From Bugula neritina (lineage: Eukaryota; Animalia; Bryozoa): a DNA stretch of 64,000 nt. The translations under genes were made by a program, and so were the position numbers. The stretch is from contig OZ037765.1 in NCBI GenBank assembly GCA_964035545.1, positions 9,124,698 through 9,188,697 on the forward strand. The letters run 5' to 3'. This document shows, piece after piece, positions 1 through 10,800 of the stretch. The first letter of the stretch is position 1; every line of letters begins with the position of its first letter. The notes under the pieces are model-generated. The model worked only from the letters and a program-made list of their open reading frames with translations, ran no database searches and was not told the DNA's origin.

Positions 1-724
1 CAAATTCAATTTGATTTTTTCAACTACTCTAATGGCCTTCTTATCAACACCAATCGAGAAAACTCTAATTTGTACTTTCCTGATTTAAAACATGTGTTAA
101 TTTTATATAACCCATTCGTTTTTGTTATTTTAGCACTAGATTCATAACTTGTAACACATTAGCAACAAGTGTCGTAAATTTATGGAGTGTAAACAACTTT
201 TCATTTTAACTTGAAATTATGGTCAGCTCTTGAAACGAATCTCTCTTGAAATATAGGCTAATGAAATTATTAGTAGAATATCAGTTATGCATTTTTTCAT
301 CAACCTTTCAGTGAAGTAACGGATGCATATAATTCACAAGATTTTATTGGCTAATGCACTGAAGTGACCAACGAGGAAATTATTTCAATCAAAATTTAAT
401 TAAGCTGCTTGTCTGAGTTTATATATTTTACCAAATAAAAAAGGAGAAATAATTAGTTCAATTATATGTGTAGTAAATTTTGTTGTAATATAGTAGGCAA
501 AACAAATTCTTTTGGAGACATGTTGCATTGGTACTAGTTGAAATTCTCGCAAGAACATAACTTCTTCGGTTACATTTCTAACATAAAACACAGGCTTTTC
601 TCAATTTTTCTATTACTGCACTGGCATAAGTAGTTGGTCATTTTTAACTATTGACCTTTATATTTTTATTACCTAGATTTGAATTTCCGTATATTTGTAT
701 AACTATGTATTTAAAAATTTAAAG

Positions 725-1149
725 GGTTTGGTGTCTCAATTTCACAATTATCAGCCTGAGAAATCGGAGTTGTTGTTGACCCAATATCCTGCTCTAGTCA
801 AAATGGAGTTTTTACCCAGCGTGAAAGATTTATCTATTAAACAGGTAATCTCACACATTGATCTTCAAGTTGAAATCATTGTATAACTTACTTGCAACAA
901 ACTATTTGGTGAAAATGCAAATTTGATCATTCAATAACTACTTTTAGTGTTATCTTGTTTATGCAGAGAACCTTGGCATGCATGTTGTCTGCACTCCAAT
1001 CAGTTCAAGTTGTGGGAGTGCATTGTTTGTCCGGCTCACCTGAATCCAGAAGCTATGAGATGTACAATCAACTAGGGTTTGTCCGTACAAATCCTAATGT
1101 ATTAACACCAGAAAATGATGATACTCTCATTTTAGTAAGGATAATATAG
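725..1149 (+). CDS. OGA: O-GlcNAcase, last two coding exons (C-terminal pseudo-HAT domain); 5' part not located in this window
   Basis: Exons 725-844 (aaag|GGT ... CAG|gtaatc) and 967-1149 (atgcag|AGA ... TAG) join in phase 0 to give LLTQYPALVKMEFLPSVKDLSIKQRTLACMLSALQSVQVVGVHC...YEMYNQLGF...TLILVRII*. This resembles the metazoan OGA/MGEA5 C-terminus (FPSLIKMD...MACLLSSLK...FYSKLG...VILGR). Confidence 0.8.
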
Positions 1150-2117
1150 ATGTGCCAGTTTCACTTCAATGTTCTATTGTAAAAACTGTTTTGTTGTTCT
1201 GTTGCCACTTTCTATGACGTTTTGCTGTTTTTCTCCAATAATCAATTTATATCTATAACAAGTTTTGGAACAATTATCGTGCTATTATTTTTTTAGTTTT
1301 TTTCAAAGCCATTCAAATGATTTACTATTGTTAAAAATGAACCAGCCACATACTATTGAAGGTAACTACATTTTTAAATATATGTATTTATAGTTTTTTA
1401 GGCTTAATGAAAAATAGATTACACGCATGTCCTAAACACAATAAATTATGAATTGTTGGCTATTTAGATTAATTAATGGATTTCATTGAACATTCGTGTC
1501 AATAACTGCTCAAGTATTGCCTAATGTGGTTTCACCTTTAAAGTGCGCATGTAATGCATCAATAAGTGGTCTAAGGAAAGCATGTTATTTTTAATGCTTA
1601 TGGCACTGTTTTTGTAAAAATAACCTGCATGACGTACTATAAGGGCCGTTTGCAATACTTGTATTACAGAAAATTACAAAAAGGTAACAACTGGAAATTG
1701 ATTCATAATCCACTAGCGATATGTCTTACGAACCTTCTTAGATTAGGGCTTGAGATAAGAAAATCAGTTATAAAAAAACGGAGTACCTAGAATACCAAAA
1801 ATGGTGGTAAAATACGTTAACAATTATTACGACTGTTTTCCATTTGTGTGTAAGTCTTATCATGCAAGATCCGAACTGTATGAAGGAATTGAATATTATA
1901 TTAGGTTGCAAGTTTGCAAAGTTTAATGACATCCTTCTGCCCGTGAATAACAGATTATAACTGACGTAATTATACAGTGAATTTGATATTTTTGTCCCAA
2001 CCAATTCAAAAATATTACCATAAAATCTGGCAATAAAACAACTATAAACGCAAAAAACACAAATGCAGTAATTATTTGATCAACCAATGTATTGTATACA
2101 ACAGTAGAACAATTCTA

Positions 2118-4927
2118 TCACAACCATCGTCTTTTTGAGTTGGAATCCACAGAAAACTTAGAAGCACTGCCTGGTTCAGGAGCTAATTTTCTGATTATAG
2201 TTACTACAAACAATGACAAATTGCTAAAATTAGCAACCATAAAATCGGGTAGTTGAATACATATTTAAAGACGTCATGTAAAAAATTAATACTGAATTCA
2301 AAATACTTACGATCATTTGTTTTTAAAGTGTCATGGGACAGTCTTCCAGAATCTTGCGACCCCACTGCATATATAGAATATAGAGACAGATAACATCAAG
2401 CTATACATAAAAATATGATAAAAAGAAGTAATTTATATAACAATTGATCATATAAAACAAGGGGAGTCGGATGTTTGTTGTTGTTGATGTGCACCAAGTA
2501 CAAAGCTAGAACATGCTTAACGAGAAATGTTTAAGTTAAAGACTGATGCACATTGATCAAACATATAGGCATGCATATTATTACAAGTAGATGGAGATAA
2601 TATTTACATTGCAGGTTATAAGTGTTCAAAATAAAAACTAGAATTATGGTTATCCATCACAATAATGAGTTATTCAGCATCATGTAGGTTACACTAGGTA
2701 TCATTAAAAGAGCAATCTAAATGTGCACAAAATTTTTCAGAATTTATAGAAATAGGCTTCCTTAATTTGATTCTGACTGCATAATAGAATTTTTCATCAC
2801 AATAAAATATTACACAGTGATGTATCAATACAATTCAAGAGACTTGAGTTCTAACAATCGTGGGATTTGATTGAAAAACATTTTTTTGTGACATACTCTT
2901 TTAAGACAAAATAGCATGCATAGCTGAGAAATAAAGCTTCCACATGGGTAATTTTGTTTATATATAACTCGTAGTGCCTGTTTTGAAACATAGAAACGAT
3001 ATTTATGTAGAATTTATGCTCATTTCCCCAAAGTATCTAAAATAAATATTGTTGAATTTTTCGATATAAACTTGTACTTGAATTAATGGCATAAAATAAT
3101 CTCAAAGAAATTTGTTTAAAATATGATCAATTACGAGCTAACTAATTCAAATTGCTATATAATAAAAATATAGATCAAAAATGCGGTTCTTTGAAGGTTT
3201 TTAAATGTACAATTATACAATTCATAAATCTATCAAAGAAAAGTTTTCACCATTTACACAGTATTTGCAAATTTCCATTAATTCAACTCAATGAATAAAT
3301 TAGTATCATCAGCAAAAAACATGCAGTTTGTAAATGCTGCATAAATCTTCAATATCTATAAAAAATTAGAAAAATTTAAAGGTAAATTTAAGATTGACGA
3401 TGTTCTATCCCAAAAGTGATCAGAGTTATTACCACCAAATAAATTTTGACATTCCTTTTTTTGTTTTTTATATTTTTTCCAATATACTTCATCTAGTCAA
3501 CAGTAGATTAATTGAAATTTTTATATATTAATTTATGTGACAGTGCCAAATGTGAAAAGCATATTCTAGGAAATATATAGTTTCCATATTAGTGATATTA
3601 CTGAAATAAATTAAATACATGTACACTTAGAACATAGGAGGCAGGTGCAAGACATGTACCAAAGCACTGTAACATATAATTTTTACCACTTGAAACAATT
3701 CAAATCGACTTTTTATATACGATGTAAATTTTTAGAGTTCAAGTTATTCCACACTTTGATTAAATTAAGTTACTCATCAATATCATAAAAAATTAACAGT
3801 ACCTGAAGAATTTAAATTAAATGATGAAATTCGGCCACATGAATTGCATTGCACTCCATTTGCTTTGAGAGAAGAAATTCTTGATCTTAATTTAGTGATC
3901 TCTTTGAGAGCCACCTTCATCTGACCAATAATATGTGCAATAACAGCCATTCTTTCTTGAAGACGCTTTTCAAGCAACTTTATTAAAACAATGTTGTCTT
4001 TCAAAACCTGCATATTGTAATAGAATTGCGAAATACGTTTTACTTTATGTTCTATTTTTGGAGTTATGCTCCCCTGCTACTTTTTTTGTAAATAATCTGT
4101 GATAAGTTATGTGAGCCGAAATTCGGCCTAATTCGGAGCCCGGTGCACGACTTCGGAAGGGTCTGTCCGATCTCGGACAGATCCTTCTGATTTCAGCAAG
4201 TGGAACTCGGAATCTCGGCCGAGTTTCGGACACCCTAAGTGGCAGAAAATTTTGTTAGTATATAAGTGGGAGAGTTTCCAGTGTTGAGTCAGTCTAACAC
4301 TGGAGCTCAACCGAGAAGTATCTACAGGAGAATTAAGAGACCTATATCAAGAATATTCAAAGAGACTTTTATTTACCAAGCATAGTATAGGCATACAGAC
4401 TGCTTAGTTTATTTCATCATAACCCACAAGTTTACTAAAATATTATGCATACTAACACAATTAGAATTATTTATTGCATAAGCTGTTTCAAAGTAAGACT
4501 GTCTAATAATCATGTACACTATTGAATAATAAAGTATAAATAGAAAATATATAGCCTAAATTGTAACATAACATACACATATGATACAAAAATAGCTGAT
4601 CACTATAGCAACCCAGAAATATGATATTTGCACATCCAAATAAAGCAGCATTGCAAATTTAACTTGAGCAGTAAAACTTACCTTATCAAGGTCATTGAAC
4701 ACAATTCGTATGTCAGGTGGCAACTTTTCAAGAGGCATTATTTTTCTTATCTTTTGTTCCACAGGGCAAGTAACAGAATATAACCCATTGGAATCAGCTT
4801 TTATATTAACAATGCACTTCTTCAAACACTCCAGACAAATGAGATGAGAACAATTCGTGAAAAAAAACTTTGTTTGTGTGGATGCCGGTCTAGCACATCT
4901 TGTGCATATAAAATTAGATATGGTCAT
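2118..4927 (-). CDS. RNF212: RNF212/Zip3/ZHP-3-family meiotic RING E3 (SUMO/ubiquitin) ligase
   Basis: Exons 4927-4682 (gtaagt donor), 4007-3803, 2364-2311 and about 2203-2118 (TGA) have consistent phases. N-terminal RING CTRC...TNCSHLICLEC...CPVE, then LPPDIRIVF and a coiled coil (LLEKRLQERM...EITKLRSRISSL), the RNF212 layout. RNF212 and RNF212B cannot be distinguished here. Confidence 0.72.
4112..4236. repeat. GC-rich palindromic MITE-like fragment in RNF212 intron 1
   Basis: CpG-rich island in an AT-rich intron. Hairpin GAAGGGTCTGTCCGA-tc-TCGGACAGATCCTTC, plus GCCGAAATTCGGC and CTCGGCCGAG palindromes. Confidence 0.6.
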
Positions 4928-5059
4928 ACTTGGTTGTATTTTTGATATTGGAAACTTTGAAACTACAAATAGAAATTTTGAAAATTATGTGTTAATAACA
5001 CTTGAAGCTTATAATTATTATTATCTTTCATCAAATTTTCAAGCTTGAATAATTTATGT

Positions 5060-5440
5060 ATTATAGCTGATAGTTGTGATAGATTGATATTAGTATAAGT
5101 ATAAATATTACAGGTCCAACTAGTATGTAATACTATCACTGTATCAGTAATACCACTTACTATTACTGTATTACTATTATTATTATTATAACTCTACTTG
5201 AGTAAAAATAATTCATATCAAGATCAATAATCAATTAAAATGCTTGTACTTGCAGTTATTATTTTTATTTACATTTTTTTGTACTTCAACTTCAAGTCCA
5301 AGTTGAAGTTGATTATTATGATTATCATTATGATGAGCATTTTATGCAACAAAATATTTATAAAATTGAATGTGACACAAAAAACTACACTCACAGTCTC
5401 TCACTGTATTAGTATATCCACATTAATCTATAAGACCCAA
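5060..5440. repeat. Degenerate periodic low-complexity tract on the RNF212 side of the promoter
   Basis: For example tactatcactgtatcagtaataccacttactattactgtattactattatt and gattattatgattatcattatgatg. Confidence 0.6.
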
Positions 5441-5449
5441 CCACTAAAT

Positions 5450-5800
5450 AATTCGCGCACTCATGATCAATTGAGCGACTAATCATCGTTCGTCTGCTTC
5501 TCAGAGACGAGTCGCTTCTACACATAATATTAATTAGAAACATAAATTTTATATACAATACATTTTATATACAATAAATGTTTATAATATCTTCGCTCAC
5601 GTGATGACCTTGAGGAGCCAAAAGCAGACGAATGAAAATACAGGGTCAACAGAACGCGAGTACACAAGTTTGGATAGGGGTTATCCTACTTTATAAACGA
5701 AAAAGTAACATTGCACATATCATCGGACTACAAGATGGAGAGCAAAGCCGAAAAATACAAGTTATCTCGGACTATGCGTCATCGTGACCTCCACATGTAT
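5450..5800. promoter_or_regulatory. Putative bidirectional promoter for RNF212 (-) and RRP1 (+)
   Basis: Local CpG enrichment between divergent genes; E-box TCACGTGA near 5597; inverted 14-mer TCRTTCGTCTGCTT at 5486-5499 and 5622-5635. The TSSs are inferred, not observed. Confidence 0.55.
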
Positions 5801-5979
5801 CAGTATTGCCTTTAAGTTTAACCATTTTTCACACAATTTGAATTATATTTGTAAGAATTTAAGTTATAATAGCTTTAGCATAAATAAATTTTTGTGAATG
5901 TAACTTGAAAGTCAAAGTAGCTGTAAGAAAACTCATTTGAAGAAATTGAAAGGTAGAAGTATTTAAAATTTCGCCTTAC

Positions 5980-7260
5980 CGTAATACTAATACTAATACT
6001 AATAGTAATACTAATAGTAATACTAATAGTTATACTTATAGTAAATGTAATACTAATAGTAATAGTAATACTAATACTAATAGTAATACTAATAGTTATA
6101 CTTATAGTAATACTAATAGTAAAACTAAATGTAATAGTAATTCAAATTGTAAATCAAAATGCTACAGGTCCTACGGCTACAGCCTAAATTATCAGTAGGA
6201 TTATCATTATTAATAATAATATTAATATTTATATTATTAAAAATAAATTTGAAATAAAACTAGTAAAATCACAATCATTATCAAAATGAAAATGCTAAAA
6301 GTAAGCTAAAAGCCTAAACTAAAGATCTTAAAGTAAGACTGTAAGTGTAACTGGGCCATTTTACTTAATTTAGTACACACTGGAAATCTCCATTTTTTAG
6401 CTGTTTTTTACAATATAGCTGCTAATGAACAAGGGTTTTTGCTCAAAACTAGTTAAATGACCCAACTTAAAATTAAACTAAAACTTTACTGATGCTATAA
6501 CTTGGACTTATACTTATAGTTTAAGTTATAGTATACTTATAGTTATAGTTATACGTATACATAATACTTATAGTATAACTATAAGTATAACTGTATAAAT
6601 ACAAGGATAATTATATTTATAAGTGTAACTACAAGTACAAGTGAGTCAAAAGTAAAGAAATGCTAAAATACGAATGTTATTAATTTTAAAATGTAAAAGA
6701 CAGGATTACTCACAAAGTGAAAATGAAAGTGAAAGTTAAATAAAAACTAAAATTAGTCATAGTTTTGGTAAATTACTCATAGTGATAGTCATTTGATTTA
6801 CATTTAGATTGAGTGATTTAATCACTAATGAATCATGTACTGATTATTCAAATGTCAATGTCATTACGCATTACATTTACTGTAATACTAATAGTAATAC
6901 TACTACTATACGCTTAAGTAATCAGTGATTACTTATACATATAGTAAATTAATTAACTTGTATTTATTATTGTACTTAGTGTTATTAATTATTATTTGTT
7001 ACTATTAGGTATTGCTTAAAGTAAAAGGAAATCAAAATGCCTCAATCAAATGCCAATGGACATGGTAAAACAACATGTCTATCAGTATTACTATTAGTGT
7101 CAGCAATTACTGATAAGCATAATACTATATATAATCATAATGATATTAAATGAATATAATATTATGATATAATTATTTGTGATTTATATTGGACATATTC
7201 TTGGTAATGCTTATCCTAAAGGCGGCTACAGCTGATACTGAGTCTGATACTAACTATAAA
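5980..7260. repeat. Degenerate 6-bp periodic tract (TAATAS/TTATAS and variants) upstream of the RRP1 ATG exon
   Basis: Near-perfect taatac/taatag array at 5981-6140; ttatag/ttatac at 6507-6590; tgaaag, tcatag and tgatac variants further on. Confidence 0.8.
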
Positions 7261-7836
7261 GCTTTATCATGCTCACTTCGCCTAAATTTTTGTCTGTTGT
7301 AACCTTTCATACAACTTTGAGAGGTTGGTGCATAAGCATATTTTTCTTTGGATGTGAGGTTAGCTCCAGCTCCTATTGTCTTCTTTAGTATTTAAATATC
7401 CTGTAGGTTATTTTGGTAAAATTTATTTTAAGACAAAGTAAGTCTCTAGATTGTGGTGCTCTATAGTCTTAGTTTGTGGGTTAAAAGTTCACTATTGTTT
7501 TACCCCAAGGCATTTTTCCGGAAATACTCTCTCATTTTCTCTTATCTATCATCAACATGATTGCTTTGCTGATTTCAAACAATAGAGATGTTGGCTTGTA
7601 TATCACAAAAAGCATGTGCTAACTCAAATGTTATCAAGGAAATTCACATTTTGTTTTAACACAAATTGTTGAATTTTACCATAGTTTTAATAGCAGAAAT
7701 TACGACCGGAATATTTCTCTTTACTACATTAATCTTTGGGGTTTGAAAAAGCTATAAGGATGATTACATTGTTGGGAGAATTTTTTCAACATTATGCACC
7801 AACTTTAAATTAATAATATGATTTTTTTTATTAGAT

Positions 7837-10800
7837 ATGGCTGCTGTTGTTCCTGAGATTCTTTTTGCTCAGAATTTGGCATCTAATGATAAAGTTCGTA
7901 GAGACCGCGCTTTGCGCAAGCTGAAAAAATATCTATACAATCACTCAAGTCTACCAAACGGTTTGTGTTATTCTGTTTATTAATTGAAGTTAATAAATTA
8001 AAACTTATTAAAGAAGTGTATAGGCATGATGAGTTAGTTGGTTCCTACAAAAATTAAAATACAATCCCTGCACTAAATGAAATCTTTCAGCACTTGATAT
8101 TATAAAGTTAAAGTTTACCTAATCTATATACTCTTAATATAGAATTATGTGCAGTAGAGAAAGTTCTTTTAAAGCAGGAAAGTTTAAATGTTGAAATAGC
8201 TAACTTTCAAAACAATTTTGTCTTGCCTTTTAAATTGATATGTGAAAAAAATGATGTGTATGTAGGTGACAAATTGAACAAAAATCCTAAAGAGATGTTT
8301 ATCATTTTAGTTTCAAAACACTTTATGCTATTAGTTTGAGTGCTGTCATATTGATAACATACATAATGAACAATCATTATGCAATTATATTACAAATTAA
8401 GTTTAGAAATAAATAACCAATGCCTGTTTGTAAATTCTATTGATAGTTACCACCAAGTGTTGGTTAGTAAATTACAATGTTTTTGTAATCTGCCACTACT
8501 ACTAGTACAGCTAATATTAGTACTATAGCATCTACTACTTTACCACTCAACATGTTGTGCTTTACATCATCTTGTAGGGGGCTTCAATGAAACCGAACTC
8601 TTGAAAATTTGGAAAGGCCTTCATTACTGCATGTGGATGCAAGATATGCCGTTGATTCAAGAAGAGCTATCTGATAATATTTGTGGCTTAATTCATTCAT
8701 TCAACAATCCCAAAACCGCTCTTCTTTTTATCAAAACCTTTTACATCACCGAATGCCGTGAATGGACATCAATTGACAAATGGAGAATGGATAAATTTCT
8801 TATGGTAATGTGAAAATATTCAGTGCTGCTATTTTGCTACCAACAATTTATTTATTAAGATTTTTCAAGCTCTCTCGCTGTAGTATCACCATACGTTGAG
8901 TTTGTTAATTTGCCATGATAAACTAACTTGTCAAGATTTCGGTAGTTATTAGAGCTTAACTGAAGCTATCATTTTCTAACTTTGCATCTTGTTTTTGTTT
9001 GCTAGTTGAATTGCAGAGATAAAGTTATGGAAGGCCTGATATAAATTAATATTAATAAGAAATGATTGTGGATGATATTTCAAGCACTTTGTTTTCATTA
9101 TCTTTTTCTCCCTTATAGATGTTTCGAAATATGCTCACTCAATCTTTAGAGTTTCTCAAACAAAAGAATTGGAATGAGAAACTAGTGAGAGGATTTCTCG
9201 GCTTCATATCTGAATATATCTTGCTTGGTATGTCCAACAAATACTTTTGAAAATTTTATTGTTATTATTACACAATTAATTTGCCTTGCGGTTTTTGAAG
9301 AATTTATCTCTGAGCTATTTCACAGTCCATTTTTTGTTGACTAAATTTTGATAACCTAATTCGCAGGATTGCCTAAAGTAAACAACTTGAAGTTATTTTT
9401 GCTTATATGCTGATAGCCAAGTAAAATGTTATATTATGTCCTTTCACCATTTTAGTTCACTTTGTATTTCTTACAGATCATGAACATAAAACTTCTCCTG
9501 ATGGTATTAGGTTCCACTTAGCTGATACATATTTACCTGAGTTGGAGAAGGTATCATTAGGTCAATTAGGTCCCAAGCAAACGGTCACATTCCTTCACCC
9601 CTGGGTTGATATGCTTAGTGGCATCAAGTGGTATGTGTTTTAGTACAATGAAACTATTTACTTTTGTTTTATATTGTTGTTAATATGTTGGCAGTTTTGA
9701 TAACCTAAAACTCTGGCCTCTCTGTTTAGCAAACCTGTCAGCTCTGCCTCCTGAGCAGCCCAACTCGCATGTTTTTTGTTATTTTTAATTAGTAAGTGCT
9801 GCTGTAAGCTGGCACTCAGAGAATAAGTTCCATGTGTTGTTTGATTTTGTAGTAAAACTTTGCGAGCTTTTGTGATAAAGAATGTGTTTGGTGCAATTAT
9901 GCAAGCCTCTCCAGTTATCAGAGGAAAGCCTCGAGGCAAAGGAAGTAAAAAGTTGCGAGTAAGTATTTTGGGACTGGGGGGGGGGTAACTAAAAACATGA
10001 TATTCATTGGCCCTATTTATCATGAATAAATTGTCTTCTTAATTAAAACAACAAATCGTGAGCTCATTATATCTAAGTAGTAATTAGAGGAGCGATTGCA
10101 TTAATTGGCAGTTTCAATTTTCCTACTTTATTTTCAAATTCTTGTTTTGACAAAAAATCTTACCTTTATATTTCTCTCTAAAAGAGTATGTTGCTACCTG
10201 CAGAAGTGACCTTGTAAAGCTGAGAATCTGGTTTTCAGGTCAGCTACAGAATGCTAGCAGATAAACTTTTACAAGTTGGTTCACAAGAAAGCTGCCGATC
10301 TGTGAATAGACCAGCCATATACAATTTAGTTCAAAAGTGAGTGATTTTTACCATTTTGAAATTTATCTGATGCAAAGTCATGCATACAATAGATGAAGAT
10401 ATTTTTTAATTAAAATTTATATTTTTTGGTTTTTTTTGTCACATTGAACTGAGCTAATTTCTCTTCTACTAAAATTCCTGAAGGATTTTTACACATTGAG
10501 CGGCCTGTTATTGAAATTATAGCCTTTGCCTTCTAAGGAGTAATACTGTATTTTGTATTGTTTGGATGCATGAAGTGCATGTGAAAGCCTTTTTTACAAC
10601 TAGTTTTAGAGATATTGCAGACAACAAACTGCCCTTCACTCCTGAAGATCCAGCAGATGAAGGAGAGGAAGAAATGGAAGCTTCAGATGATGAGAATATT
10701 GATGATGCAGTGAAGAGACTAGCCGAGTTCCGCAGCATCTTCAAACAAAATAATGATGGTACTTAATCAATACTCTTAGAATATTTGGGTTTGTTGAGTA

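Noticed and set aside
4045-4310. Overlapping Arg-rich short ORFs
   Set aside because: They arise from the GC-rich palindromic repeat in an intron.
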